Part shown: positions 1 through 16,148 of the stretch, piece by piece
Layout: every line of letters starts with the position of its first letter
Position numbering within the stretch: position 1 is the stretch's first letter
Source: Eledone cirrhosa
Lineage: Eukaryota
Direction of reading: 5' to 3'
DNA length: 64,000 nucleotides
Assembly: GCA_964016885.1 (NCBI GenBank)
Contig: CAXHJY010000645.1
Location: 1-64,000, forward strand
Made by a program: the position numbers and the translations under genes
Notes under the pieces: generated by a model
The model's database searches: none
What the model saw: the letters and a program-made list of their open reading frames with translations, nothing else
Told to the model about the DNA's origin: nothing

Positions 1-402
1 TACATACATACATATATACATACGCACACGCATATATACATACATATATAGAAATAGTAAAAAAATTAAATAAGAATAAATAAATACACACACACACACA
101 CATATATATATACATATACACTCATATATATATACATACACACACATATATATATATACATATATATATAAATATATATATACATAGACACACACACACA
201 CATATATATATACATATACACACACATATATATATACATATACACACACACATATACATATACACACACACATATATATATATACATATACACATACACT
301 CACATATATATATACATAAACACACACACACACACATATATATATATACATACACACACATATACATACACACACACATATATATATATATAAACACACA
401 CA

Positions 403-451
<49 letters not shown>

Positions 452-779
452 ACATATATATATATGTATGATATAAAAGCGGGCAAAACTATAAACAAGC
501 AAAAGAGACTACCGGAAGTTAATGGTGGTCTCTTTTATGTTGTCCTCCATTTTGAAATTCATTCAATGGTGCAATTTTGTATAAAGACAATGACCGAGAG
601 AGAGGGGGTTGAAGATGGTGGGGGCTGTTGATTGGGAGAGGGGGGTGCAGGGGAGGGAATAGAGGGAGAGGGGGCCTATGAACGATGGGGTAGGGGGGTG
701 AAACAAGGATATATATATATATGATAGATAGAGATGAAAACAGATTCACATATATAAACACACAACAGTAGTGAATGAA

Positions 780-890
780 TATATGGATAGATAGATAGAT
801 GGAGATATATATAGAGATATATAGATAGATGGAGATATATATAGAGAGAGAGATAGATAGAGAGATGGAGATATATATAGAGAGATACAG

Positions 891-925
<35 letters not shown>

Positions 926-1016
926 TAGATAGATAGATGGAGATATAGATAGATGGATATATATATATATATAGGGAGAGAGATAGATAGATGGAGATAT
1001 ATAGAGAGAGATACAG

Positions 1017-1049
<33 letters not shown>

Positions 1050-1170
1050 TAGATAGATGTAGATATATATATAGAGAGAGAGATGAATGGAGATATATAT
1101 ATATATAGAGAGATAGAGATGGATGGAGATATATATATATATAGAGAGAGAGAGATAGAGATGGATGGAG

Positions 1171-1205
<35 letters not shown>

Positions 1206-1320
1206 TGGATGGAGATATATATATATATAGAGAGAGATAGATGGAGATATAAATATATATATATATATAGAGAGAGATAGATGGATGGAGATATATATAT
1301 ATAGAGAGAGATAGATGGAG

Positions 1321-1351
<31 letters not shown>

Positions 1352-2240
1352 TAGATGGATGGAGATATATATATATAGAGAGAGATAGATGGAGATATAT
1401 ATATATAGAGAGAGAGATAGATGGAGATATATATATATAGAGAGAGAGAGATAGATGGAGATATATATATATATAGAGAGAGAGAGATGGATGGAGATAT
1501 ATATATATATAGAGAGAGAGATAGATGGATGGAGATATATATATATATAGAGAGAGAGAGAGATGGATGGAGATATATATATATAGAGAGAGAGAGATAG
1601 ATGGATGGAGATATATATATATATATAGAGAGAGAGAGATGGATGGAGATATATATATATAGAGAGAGAGATAGATGGATGGAGATATATATATATAGAG
1701 AGAGAGATAGATGGATGGAGATATATATATATAGAGAGAGAGAGATAGATGGATGGAGATATATATATATATAGAGAGAGAGAGAGATGGATGGAGATAT
1801 ATATATATAGAGAGAGAGATAGATGGATGGAGATATATATATATAGAGAGAGAGAGATAGATGGATGGAGATATATATATATATAGAGAGAGAGAGAGAT
1901 GGATGGAGATATATATATAGAGAGAGAGATAGATGGATGGAGATATATATATATATAGAGAGAGAGAGAGATGGATGGAGATATATATATATATATAGAG
2001 AGAGAGAGATGGATGGAGATATATATATATAGAGAGAGAGATAGATGGATGGAGATATATATATATATAGAGAGAGAGAGAGATGGATGGAGATATATAT
2101 ATATATAGATAGAGAGAGAGAGATGGATGGAGATATATATATATAGAGAGAGAGAGATAGATGGATGGAGATATATATATATATAGAGAGAGAGATAGAT
2201 GGATGGAAATATATATATATATATAGAGAGAGAGAGATAG
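780..2240. repeat. Compound minisatellite (GA)n-TAGATGGATGGAGA-(TA)n
   Basis: Dozens of tandem units with a fixed GATGGATGGAGAT core and variable GA/TA runs. Confidence 0.95.
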
Positions 2241-2356
2241 ATGGTGTGTGATAAATATATAGATAGAGAGAGAGAGAGAAAGAGATAGATACATGGTGTG
2301 TGATAAATATATAGATAGAGAGAGAGACATAGATACATGGTATGTGATAAATATAT

Positions 2357-2413
<57 letters not shown>

Positions 2414-2701
2414 TGGTGTGTGATAAATATATAGATAGAGATAGAGAGAGAGATAGATACATGGTATGTGATAAATATATAGATAGATAGAGATAGATAC
2501 ATGGTATGTGATAAATATATAGATAGAGAGAGATAGATACATGGTGTGTGATAAATATATAGATAGAGAGAGATAGATAGATACATGGTGTGTGATAAAT
2601 ATATAGATAGATAGAGAGAGAGAAAGAGATAGATACATGGTGTGTGATAAATATATAGATAGATAGAGATAGATACATGGTGTGTGATAAATATATAGAT
2701 G

Positions 2702-2761
<60 letters not shown>

Positions 2762-3125
2762 TGGTGTGTGATAAATATATATATATATAGAGAGAGATAC
2801 ATGGTGTGTGATAAATATATAGATAGAGAGAGAGAGATAGATACATGGTATGTGATAAATATATAGATAGAGAGAGAGATAGATACATGGTGTGTGATAA
2901 ATATATAGATAGAGAGAGAGAGAGATAGATACATGGTGTGTGATAAATATATAGATAGAGAGAGATAGATAGATACATGGTGTGTGATAAATATATATAG
3001 AGAGAAAGAGATAGATAGATACATGGTATGTGATAAATATATAGATAGAGAGAGAGTGAGAGATAGATATATGGTGTGTGATAAATATATAGATAGAGAG
3101 AGATAGATAGATACATGGTGTGATA
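2240..3125. repeat. Compound minisatellite, core ATAGATACATGGTGTGTGATAAATATATAG
   Basis: Tandem core separated by variable (GA)n/(GATA)n. Confidence 0.95.
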
Positions 3126-3206
3126 GCTGATGGATGGAAAGACAGATATAGATTGAGGGAGACATATGCTGAGAGTGTGATTTGAATTATGAGAGAGAGA
3201 GAGAGA

Positions 3207-3280
<74 letters not shown>

Positions 3281-3349
3281 AGAGAGAGAGATTTGAAAAT
3301 ATGATATTATACGAAATAACTACAGAAAGATGGATAGATTGCTAGACGG

Positions 3350-3443
<94 letters not shown>

Positions 3444-3556
3444 ATATATATATGTATATATATTTGTATATATATATATGTATAGCTTGATAGATAGAGA
3501 AGTATATAAATAGATAGATGAATGGATATAAAGACATCTCTCTATTTAACTATTTG

Positions 3557-3640
<84 letters not shown>

Positions 3641-3666
3641 CATACACATATATATACATATATACA

Positions 3667-3712
<46 letters not shown>

Positions 3713-4525
3713 TATACACATATATATACATATATATAAATATATATATATATACACACATATATACATATACATATATATATATATACATATATATAAA
3801 TATACATATATATACACACATATATATATACACATATATATATATACATATATATAAATATATATATATATATACACATATAATATATATATACACATCA
3901 TATATATACATATATATAAATATATATATATATACACACATATATATACATATACACACGCATATATATATAAATATATATATATATACACACATATATA
4001 TACATATACACACATATATGTATAAATATATATATATATACACACATATATATAAATATATATATCCACACATATATATATACATATATATATACATATA
4101 CATACATGCATATATATATATATATATATTTATACATGAAAGAGGGAGAGAGAGCGAGAGAGACAAAACGATAGAGAGAGAGAGAGAGAGTGAGAGAGAG
4201 AGAGATAGAGAGAGAGAGAGATGTTTTATAAACAACGAAAGAAAAAAAGAAAGAAAGAAAGAAAGAAAAGAAAAGAAAAAGGAGGGGGAAAAAAGAGACT
4301 GAAAGCATGAAAGGAAGGATAAAAGAATGAGAATTCTTGAATTCCACAGTACTCCAGAATATAAAAACATCAAAGGGGTTTTTATGTTTTGTATCGTCTT
4401 TAGAAACAAATAGAATCCACACTGTAAAGTTGTTTGTCATTAAAGTGAAACACTGAGTCTGAACCGTCATCGACACCTCCCCTGGTTTTTTGTCTCTCTC
4501 TCCTTTTTTTTCTCTTTTTCTGCCC

Positions 4526-4605
<80 letters not shown>

Positions 4606-4750
4606 GGAGAGTATAAAAGTTTTAATATAGATGAGATTCTACAGGACTAGAACTGTTTCATTCTTTAGAAATCATCAGGAATCTCTTATACTCTGCTATG
4701 TATTGAGTACCTTACTTACTGTGGTTACCTCCGATTCAACCCGGAATAAC

Positions 4751-4751
<1 letters not shown>
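4606..4751. mobile_element. Short PLE-derived element (family F1) between (TA)n tracts
   Basis: Homologous to 26129-26298; contains an HHR; TA runs on both sides. Confidence 0.7.
4633..4685 (-). ncRNA. Type I hammerhead ribozyme (F1)
   Basis: GAGATTC-CTGATGA-tTTCtaaaGAAt-GAAA-CAGttctagtcCTG-TA-GAATCTC. Confidence 0.8.
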
Positions 4752-4791
<40 letters not shown>

Positions 4792-5084
4792 CAAAGGATA
4801 GTTAGTTTAATATATATACATATCTATATATATATATATATCATTCTCTCTCTTTCTCTGTCTGTCTCTTTCTCTGTCTCTCTCTCTTTCCGTCTCCCCC
4901 CTCTCTCTCTCTCTCTAAAGGATAGTTACTTTAATATTTACATATCTATATATATATCATTCTCTCTCTCTCTCCGTGTCTCTCTTTCTCTCTTTCCGTC
5001 TTTCCCTCTCTCTCTCTCTTCCCCTCTCTCTCTCTTCCTCTCTTTCCCTCTATCTCTTCCTCTCTCTCTTTCTCTCTCTCTCTG

Positions 5085-5129
<45 letters not shown>

Positions 5130-5786
5130 CGTTCTCTCCCTTTCTTTGTCTCTCTCCTCTCCCTATCAATAGAATCCACACTGTAAAGTTGTTTGTCATT
5201 AAAGTGAAACATCACGTATGAACCGTCATCGTCACACCCGCTGCTCTCTCCCCCCCCTCTCTCTCTCTCACACACATTCTCTACCTAACATTCTCTCTTA
5301 CTATATCTCTCACACTCTCACACTCACACACACTCTCTCTTGCACTAGGTATGTGGGTAGATTGATAGATTGATAATGGATAGATAGGTGAAGGGGGATT
5401 GGTGGAATTAGAGATGGATCGATAGATAGATGGATAGAAAAATACACAGAAGGAGAATTACTTCTAAAAGCCGTTATCGTCACCTCCTCTGATTTTTTTG
5501 TTTGTCTCTCCGTCTTACATTCTTTCAATGAATAGATAGACGCGTGTATGTATATTGAATGTCAGGAGGCCGGACTGGTGAAATTCCTTCAAAGATATAT
5601 TTCAGCAAACACTATGTACAGTTCAGTGGCAAGGTTCCGTAAGATCCTGGTGAGATCATCAGGTGTTTATTGCATAATAGTTATATAATAAAGGAAAATG
5701 TTTTCGAAGGCGATCAATAAGGGCCAGTTGTCAGTTTGTTGTCAAATTTTATTTCACCTGACTCCGCTGACAAAAGATGCGAAGGC

Positions 5787-5932
5787 GCAGGCTTATGCCA
5801 TTCTATTTCAAGCTGAATCTCCCTGAGAACTACGTAAAGTGTAAGTGTGTCTGTGGAATGCACAGCCACGAGCATGTTGTCAATTTAATCGTATCAACAT
5901 GAAGATTCGTCGTCACAACCGACGGAGTGCCA
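5787..5932 (+). mobile_element. 3' fragment of an octopus-type SINE/LINE-tail repeat
   Basis: Ends CCGACGGAGTGCCA; the reverse-complement terminus recurs at 61342-61381. Confidence 0.55.
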
Positions 5933-6076
5933 TTGCTTTTGTCTTTTAACCCTTCCACTCAACATATACAAACTATTAATTTATGAAAACTTAAATTTCG
6001 TGGTTGGTTCGATGGATCTTATATGAATTAGTCCTGTAGGCTATAGACTTTAGTATTGACCAATCGGGTCTGCTAA

Positions 6077-6146
<70 letters not shown>

Positions 6147-6158
6147 AGTGTGTGTGTG

Positions 6159-6196
<38 letters not shown>

Positions 6197-6203
<7 letters not shown>

Positions 6204-6532
6204 AGATCAAAAGCTTGTTAAAAGAGTTCCAAGTATTTTATTATGCGCATTTCAAAAACAAATATCATTTATAATCAACATATTTTGATTTAAAACTTCA
6301 CTATTCACAAGTGTTTTTTAAGCTTCATGTCATGTATCCCTTTTTTATCTGATGAGAACGCAGATATCATCCCATGATGATATTTGTTTTTGAAATGCGT
6401 ATAATAAAATACTTGGAACTCTTTTAACCATCTTTTGATCTTATATTATTTATACTTCAGTCCTACAAACTTTAGAGTGCTGCTTATCTGATATTTGCAT
6501 TGCTTTATTGTGCTACAATAAAACTCATCTCC
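6197..6532 (+). mobile_element. Fold-back PLE-derived element (F2)
   Basis: Inverted arms 6197-6268 / 6378-6448 plus an ~85-bp 3' tail; flanked by (TA)n; homolog at 30446-30710. Confidence 0.75.
6343..6409 (+). ncRNA. Minimal type I hammerhead ribozyme (F2)
   Basis: TTTTAT-CTGATGA-[16-bp stem II, loop CCAT]-GAAA-TGCGTA-TA-ATAAAA. Confidence 0.8.
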
Positions 6533-6592
6533 TATATATATATATTTATATATATATATATATATATGTGTGTGTATGTATGTGTATATATA

Positions 6593-6623
<31 letters not shown>

Positions 6624-6750
6624 GTGTGTATATATGTATATAATGTGTATATATATGTATGTGTATATATATGTATGTAAGTATATATATATATATAGTA
6701 TATATATATATATATGCATTTATATATTTATATATGTGTGTGTATGTATG

Positions 6751-6781
<31 letters not shown>

Positions 6782-7100
6782 ACTATATGTGTCTGTATGT
6801 ATGTATATATATGTATGTGTATATGTATATATATATATATGTGTATATGTATATAAGTATATGTATGTGTATATATATATATGTATATTTATGTGTGTGT
6901 GTATATATATATATATGTGTATGTATATGTGTATAATATATCTATGTGTGTATATATATATATATATATATGTGTGTGTATGTATATGTGTATAAGTATA
7001 TGTATGTGTGTGAATATATATATATATATGTGTATGTATATGTGTATAAGTACATGTATATGTATATGTATGTGTATATATATATGTACATGTGTATATG

Positions 7101-7157
<57 letters not shown>

Positions 7158-7241
7158 GTATATATATTTATATGTATATATATGTACGTATATATATTTA
7201 TATGTATATATATGTACGTATATATATATATATATATGTAC

Positions 7242-7285
<44 letters not shown>

Positions 7286-7286
7286 G

Positions 7287-7317
<31 letters not shown>

Positions 7318-7350
7318 GTACGTATATATATATATATATCTATATATATA

Positions 7351-7434
<84 letters not shown>

Positions 7435-7577
7435 TATATATATGTGTGCTTACCAAGGTAGTTAGTACAATTTCAGTTCATCTAGCTGAGGTGTTTTGGA
7501 ATATATTTCTGCTCAAATGTGTGTATTTGCGTTTAAGTATTACCTCACACACACACATATACATATATATATATATA

Positions 7578-7670
<93 letters not shown>

Positions 7671-7830
7671 TTGATATATACACAAATATATATATTATAT
7701 ATATTATTTATATTATACATATATTATATATATTATATATATAATATATGCATATATAATATATATGTATATATGTATTTATGATATATATATATATTAT
7801 ATATGTATATATATATACATATATAGTGTT

Positions 7831-7867
<37 letters not shown>

Positions 7868-8396
7868 TGTGAGTGTGTATGTGAGTATGTGTGTGTGTAT
7901 ATAATTCAAACAAGGAATTCAGCACACATATATACGCACATATTTTCAATATACACAGCAATACGATTCCTAGATCCAACTGTACAACTCTATATACTAA
8001 GGTTTGCTGGAGGCGTGACTGGAGCAGACTGTACCGAGATGATGCAGAGGTGGTGAGTTTAAGCTGATGCAGTAGATCCTGGCTATGAAGGTGATGGGGG
8101 TGAGCGAGGAAGTGGTATAACAAAGTATACTATAGAGGTTCCCCCGACAACCCAGCAACTTCAGGACACAACCCCGATCTTGTTCTGTGCCGAAAACGCC
8201 TCTTTTGAGTTGCCCGCCTTCATTTTTCCTGCTTTTTCCTGCTTTTTCTCCCCCCGATTGACGTTTCGCCCCCCAGCGAAATATTTGCTATGAAAGAATC
8301 GTTGCCTAACCACGCCATTATCATCACCATCATCACCATCACGATCACCACCACCATCATCATCATCATTGTAATGATGATAATCATCATCATTCT

Positions 8397-8432
<36 letters not shown>

Positions 8433-8640
8433 TAATATCGTTGTCGTCGTCGTCGTAGCCATCGTCATCATTGCCATCATCATCATCATCGTCATCATCA
8501 TCATCATCATCGTAATCATCGTCAGCATTATCGTTATCGTCATCTGGTAACATTACATATGGTAACATTGTTTTATTTAAGAACCTTTAAGTTATGTTCC
8601 AAACACCTACACTGCCTTTCGTTAGAAATATGGTAACCAA

Positions 8641-8850
8641 AGGTGGATGGCAGTATCGGTAGAGCGTCTGACGCCATGCTTTGCAGCAAAGAGTTACGGC
8701 CCTTACCATTCTGAGTTCAAATCCCGCCGAGGTTAACTTTGCCTTTCATCCTTACGAGGTCGATAAAATAAAGTACCAGTAATGTACTGGGGTCGATTTA
8801 ATCGACTTTCCCCTTCCTCCAAATTACTGGCCTTGTGCCTATACTAGAGA
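8641..8850 (+). mobile_element. tRNA-derived SINE (copy 1 of a tandem trio)
   Basis: A-box-like TGGCAGTATCGG, B-box GAGTTCAAATCC, body AACTTTGCCTTTCATC..GTCGATAAAATAAAGTACCAG. Confidence 0.85.
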
Positions 8851-9047
8851 AAGGGCGGTGGATTGGCAGTATCGGGAGAAGAACGGACGCTATGCTTTTT
8901 CAGCATGGAGTTACGGACTTTTATAATCTGAGTTCAAATCCCGCCGAGGTTAAGTTTGCCTTTTATCATCAAGGGGTCGATAAAATAAAGTATCAGTAAT
9001 GTATTGGGGTTATGGCTGGCCTTGTACCCAAAGCAGAAACAATTATT
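8851..9047 (+). mobile_element. tRNA-derived SINE (copy 2)
   Basis: Head AAGGGCGGTGGATTGGCAG, B-box, AATTATT tail. Confidence 0.85.
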
Positions 9048-9237
9048 GGTGAATTGGCAGTATCGGTAGAGGGTTGGACGTTATGCTTTCTAGCATAGTT
9101 ACGTCCCTTTATGGTCGGAGTTCAAATCCCGTCGAGGTTAACTTTGCCTTTCATCCTTATGGGATCGATAAAATAAAGTACCAGTAATGTACTGGGTTAA
9201 TTGCTGGCCTTGTGCCAAATGTAGAAACAATTATTAT
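9048..9237 (+). mobile_element. tRNA-derived SINE (copy 3)
   Basis: Head GGTGAATTGGCAGTATCGG, B-box, (ATT)n tail. Confidence 0.85.
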
Positions 9238-9295
9238 GTATTATATACGAAAATTGGTTGATTTTTATTTCTTTTATTAATTCGCTGAATGCTTC

Positions 9296-9368
9296 CACTG
9301 GCCCAACCAAATTATTTGGCGGGCCACATTTAGCACGTGGCACCCGGGCCGTAGTTTGCTCATCCCTG
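9296..9368. mobile_element. hAT/Charlie-like MITE terminal fragment
   Basis: GGCGGGCCAC...GGGCCGTAGTTTGCTCATCCCTG resembles Charlie-type ends (CAGGG). Confidence 0.45.
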
Positions 9369-9663
9369 GTTTAAATTATAACAAATAGAAACAACGGCAT
9401 CGGGAAGACAAGGAGCAACAACTGAAAGAAAAACAGAAACATCAACAATAAAAATAAACCAAGCAACAGAGTTAAAAATAAAATAAAGAGAGAAATCTGT
9501 CTAAAATCACGCAAGAAAAAAAAAAAACGAGTTGGCAGCCATGTTTAATGGAAGAGAGGAAAAGTAAAGACAAAAATGCGAATAGGCGGGAAAAATGTTA
9601 CGGCCATTTTTACAGACGGTTTCAGAGATGGCTTCACGAAGATACACATGCTTACACACACAC

Positions 9664-9713
<50 letters not shown>

Positions 9714-9970
9714 GCGCGCGCACGCACACGCACACGCACACACACACGTATATATATATATACACACACAGAGAGTTACACACATATATCCACACTGATA
9801 GTCACAGACAGGAACATGTATAGATACAGATATATATATACGAACACACAGACACACACAAATATATATACATATATTTATATATATATATATATATATA
9901 CAGCTATACGCATATATATATATACATACCCACACACACACATCTCTCGCTCTCTCTATATATATACATT

Positions 9971-10021
<51 letters not shown>

Positions 10022-10042
10022 GATTGCACGCTCACACATACA

Positions 10043-10110
<68 letters not shown>

Positions 10111-10122
10111 ATGTAGAAAAGT

Positions 10123-10175
<53 letters not shown>

Positions 10176-12169
10176 ATGCAATTGCACGCTCACATGTACT
10201 GGTGTATGCCGGCATTTAGCAGCTCGGTAAGTTAAGGTTGGGTGGGGTTTAGGTTTTAGGGGTTTCGGGTGAGAACTGATGAGCTCGGTGAGGGCGGGGT
10301 GCAGATAGAGGCAGGCCTTGACATGATGGGGTGGGTGAAGGCGGGCTGCAGATCGGGGGAGAGGCGTTGACAAGCATCGGCATGCAATGGCGGGAATAAT
10401 TCCAATAGAGTGATAGCAAATGATTGCTGGGTTGATTCTGTTAGTGGTGGTGTTGTTGTTGTTGTTGGTGGTGGTGTTGGTTGCTTCAGCTACCATCGCA
10501 GTATTTCCAAAGCCGTGCCTCAAACTCACCCCACCACACCACATCACACCACAGCCACCTCCACCACCACTAACACCAGCTCCATCACTATCATGACCAA
10601 AACCGCCACCACTACAACCAACCCAACTACTCCCACAAGGCCCCCACGCACCCCACCACCACCACCTTCTCCCACCGCCGCCGCCGCCACCACCACCACC
10701 ACCACCACACTTCACCCACCATCACCACCACCTCCATAAATCTCCACGCCCACCCCCACCACCACCACACTCCACAACCACCACCACACTCCCACCACCA
10801 CCACATTCCCACCCGTACCATCACCACCATCACCACCACACTCCACCACCACCACCGCCACACTTCACCCACCGTCACCACCACTACCACACTCCACCAC
10901 CGCCACCACACTCCACCACCACCACACTTCTCCACCACCACCACACTCCACCATCATACTCCACCACCACCACCACACTCCACCATCATATTCCACACTC
11001 CACCACCATACACCACACTTCACCACCACACTCCACCACCACCACCACCACTGCCACCACCTCAAAAATAAAAACCAAACAGTTTGACTTCGTGATCGAA
11101 GAATTTGTGACGGTTTAATTTTTCGATGTTGAACGGCTGTGTTGAAAATCTGCGCCGTCACGCGATGGTTTTTGTAACCATTCACCTCCACCACCACCAT
11201 TATCTCTCCCACCACCACCACCACTATCTCTCCCACCACCACCACCACACCGCCACCACCATCATTCTCTTCATAGGATTGGCTATGGTCGCCACCAACA
11301 CCACCATCACTACTACCACCACCACCATCACTACTACCACCACCACCATCACTACCACCACCACCACCACCATCACTACTACCACCACCACCACCACTAT
11401 CTCTCCCACCACCACCACCACCACCACCACAACGCCACCACCATCATTCTCTTCATAGGATTGACTATGGTCGCCACCAACACCACCATCACTACTACCA
11501 CCACCACCATCCCTACTACCACCACCACCATCACTACTACCACCACCACCACCACTATCTCTCCCACCACCACCACCACCACTATCTCTCCCACCACCAC
11601 CACCATCACCACACCGCGACCACCATCACTACTACCACTACTACCACTACTACCAGCACCACCACCACCATCACCACGACCACAACCACCATCATCATCA
11701 CCACAACCACTACCATCACCACTACCATCACCACCACCACCACCACTCACTTCACGATATCGGCTAAGATCGCCATCGCCACCATCAGCACAAATCACCA
11801 CAATCACCACCACCACCACCACCACCACCACCACCACCACCGCCACCACCACTCTTCACAATATCGGCTGTGCCGCCACCATCTCTCGCACAACCACCAA
11901 CAACATCATCAATACCACACAGCCAGCATAACCCACCCAACATCAACACCACCACTATCACCACGACGAAGACGACCTCCACCACCACCACCACTTCGAC
12001 CACCACCACCACCACCACCACCACCACTACCACTTCGACCACCACCACCACCACCACCACTATCATCAGGTCTAACTTCCCAATGTCGGCTACCACCATC
12101 TCTACCACCAACACCACCACCACTTCGACCAGCACCACCACCACCACCACCACCATCACGTCTAACTTC

Positions 12170-12969
<800 letters not shown>

Positions 12970-13027
12970 ATATATAATCAGGTTTAGCAAATAAATTAAA
13001 AAAACTTAACTTTACTCACTATGGTTA

Positions 13028-13109
13028 CCTTTACCGAATCGGTTTCGAGTCTCAAAAATAAACGGAGTCCTTACGGCATCCGTTGCAAAGAAAAACTCTC
13101 GTCAGAAGG
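13028..13109 (-). ncRNA. Type I hammerhead ribozyme (F5)
   Basis: CCTT-CTGACGA-GAGTTT..AGACTC-GAAA-CCGattCGG-TA-AAGG; all three stems present. Confidence 0.85.
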
Positions 13110-13460
13110 ATCTTTTCACTCGGAGAATATAAAATTCCCGAGTTCAAATTACGAACTGGCGCTATTCAAAATTGTTCCCGAGATGAGAATAAATGAAGTG
13201 GAGGCAATTCCTTCAAGTGCCGTGTGTAAAGATAGAAGCAAAGGCAGGGAGGTCAGTCTACTTCCGCCATATATATATATAGGGATTGTAATGTCCAGCA
13301 GTTACTGTAGGTTCACCAGAGTGACCACTTGCCATTACCACATCAGACGTACGGCGTGCTTTTGATTCCAGAGTCGGACTAGATCGATACAGATCGAACC
13401 TTCAGGCGATCGGTAGAGAAAAGCGCGTCACTACTCAATAAACGTAATGAAGACATAACG

Positions 13461-13558
<98 letters not shown>

Positions 13559-13559
13559 C

Positions 13560-13616
<57 letters not shown>

Positions 13617-13967
13617 GTGTGTGTTCAGTAAAACTTGTTTTGGTAAAAAAAAGGGAGTAAGCAGGCGAAAGCTCTCTACATTCGTAATTTATAGTTACGC
13701 TGGAGATTCAGTAAAAGAATTAACATACACACATATATATATATATATATATATACATGTATATATATATGTGTGTATATATGTATACATATGTGTATAT
13801 ATATGTATATATCTAAATATATGTGTATGTGTATGTATATATCTCTCTCTATATATATATGTGTATATGTGTATATATCTATATATATGTATGTCTGTAT
13901 AGATGTATATATATTTATATATATAAATAAGTATATATATGTATGTATATGTATATATATATCTATG

Positions 13968-14012
<45 letters not shown>

Positions 14013-14187
14013 ATGTGTGTATATGTATATATGTATATGTATATGTGTGTATATGTATATGTGTATATTTATATGTATATATGTATACATGTATGAATAT
14101 ATATGTGTGTATATATGTATATATATACATGTATATATATATACAGATATACATATATACATATATACATATATACATGTATATATA

Positions 14188-14219
<32 letters not shown>

Positions 14220-14673
14220 CTTGTGTGTCATTGTGTGTCTGTAATGTGAAAATTTCGTTAAAACTGTCCACAGCGTCATCGCGTGACACGGTAAACGTGT
14301 CGTTCCAGTCCAGCTCTACCCCACCCCACCCCACCCCAAACACTACACCACCGCCATTACACCACTCTCGTCATCATCATCATCATCATTGTCATATACG
14401 CTGTATTGTTCATCCAACCCCACCCCTTCACCACCACCACCACCACCACCACCTCTTCTGACGCCTTGTCCACCATTGCTACTACCGCCACCACACCGTC
14501 CTCACCACCCCCACCACCACGTCTGCCTCCTCTACAATCACCATGACCTTATTTTTCTCTTTCTTCTTCTTCTTCTTCTTTTCTTTCTTCTCGTTCTTTT
14601 TTCTTCTTTTTCATTTTCTTCTTCTTTTTCTTCTGCTTTTTCTTTTTCTTTTTCTTCTTTTTTCCTCCTCTCC

Positions 14674-14725
<52 letters not shown>

Positions 14726-15424
14726 CACTACCACTGCTGGACCACCACCAACTCTTCTTTATCTCCCTCCTCTTCGTTTTCTTCCTCTTCCTAGCTTGTA
14801 TTGTTGCTACTGTTGTCGTTGTTGTTGATTCCATTAAAGTTGTTAGTGTTCTTGTTGTTACTGTTGTTGTTGTTGTTGTTATTCATGTCATTTCACCAAC
14901 TATTCCGTGTTTGTGGTTCATTTTTTTCCGCCATTTTTTCCTCTCCATTTCTTCACATTTTTTTTCTTCATATTCTAAACAATTAATTTCTTATTGAAAT
15001 CTCTTAATTGGATTTTAATTTTCATTATCATTTTTACCGTTTCAATAATTAATAATCTTGGCATTGGACTGGCTGAGTCGCGCATAGTGCCTTGCGGTGT
15101 TTGTTACGGCTCGTCACGTTCTGAGTTCAAATGCCAGACCCACACCGTGCTTCAAAATCCCACCACAATCTCCACCACCAGATACATGTTGGCTCTTATC
15201 CTTTAGGGTTGGTTAATAAAATGAAGTACGAAGTAGGAAGCAAGGACTATATTGTTGTAGCGGCTACGCTTCATAATTAAGTACGTGTAGGTGCACCTGG
15301 TCTCGCACGGGAGGGCATCACATCACATCACATTACACCACATCACACTCTATATTTATCGAGTGTTTGGGATAATGATTAGTGTGGTCCCCGCCACATC
15401 AATCCTGTCATATATATATATATA

Positions 15425-15720
15425 TTGTTATACTTGGGGAGGGTCATATTGTTGTAATAATATTGCCAGAAATAATAACAGAACACACTCACTGTTTGGT
15501 TGGTTTTCGCTTCTGCATCTTTTATATCTCCATAGTTAATTTATTTGGCAATCAACGTTTATCATTGACTGACCAACGGTTAAAAATACAGATATAAATA
15601 TAAATATAAATATAGTCTAACAAATTTCTTTCGTTGCACATCTGCAACATCATCAGTGTTATTATTATCATGTTCCCTCCCATTGTGTTGTATTGTAATG
15701 TTCATGCCATTTTTATTTTA
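15425..15720 (-). mobile_element. PLE-derived element (F6)
   Basis: Homologs at 58112-58400 and (diverged) 60495-60730; carries an HHR. Confidence 0.7.
15618..15661 (-). ncRNA. Minimal hammerhead ribozyme (F6)
   Basis: TAACA-CTGATGA-t-GTTGCAgatgTGCAAC-GAAA-gaaa-TT-TGTTA. Confidence 0.7.
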
Positions 15721-16148
15721 TTTATTTAATAAAATCCACCCCCCCTTCCTCTCTTCCCCCTCTCTCTCTTCCCCTTCTCGCTCCACATAGCGATCCAACA
15801 ACAACCACAACCACCAATAATATTAAATTATCTCCCTTTTCTTAACCAGCTTTACTTCCTTTCGTCATATCAAGTTGTTGTATTGCTCACTCCTATGCAA
15901 ATTTAGCTACCTTACTTTATACAAGGGTGTACCTCATAGGATGTATCTTCGTTGCTTTAATAATAGCCGCGCCCAGTAGAACATATCACCACTGCGCACA
16001 TTTATATAGGTTTAGCTGGTCCCGTATGATGTTCCATCTCATGAAGTTACAAGGACCTTTTAACGATAGGGACCCCTGTTTTATCACAGGAAGCATGAAA
16101 TGAAGTGTCTTGTTTAAGCAAACAACGTACCGCTCTTTTTTATACTAT

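Noticed and set aside
519-3165. ORFs of 630-865 aa (also 26.7-28 kb and 52.6-55.6 kb)
   Set aside because: Stop-free translations of TA/GA/CA microsatellites, open in several frames at once
8255-8300. TGACGTTTCG as an HHR 3' half
   Set aside because: No matching core nearby on that strand
8641-9237. tRNA genes
   Set aside because: A/B boxes are present but no cloverleaf is evident, and they are followed by a SINE body and tail
10236-10270. Telomere-like TTAGG tract
   Set aside because: Only a few degenerate units
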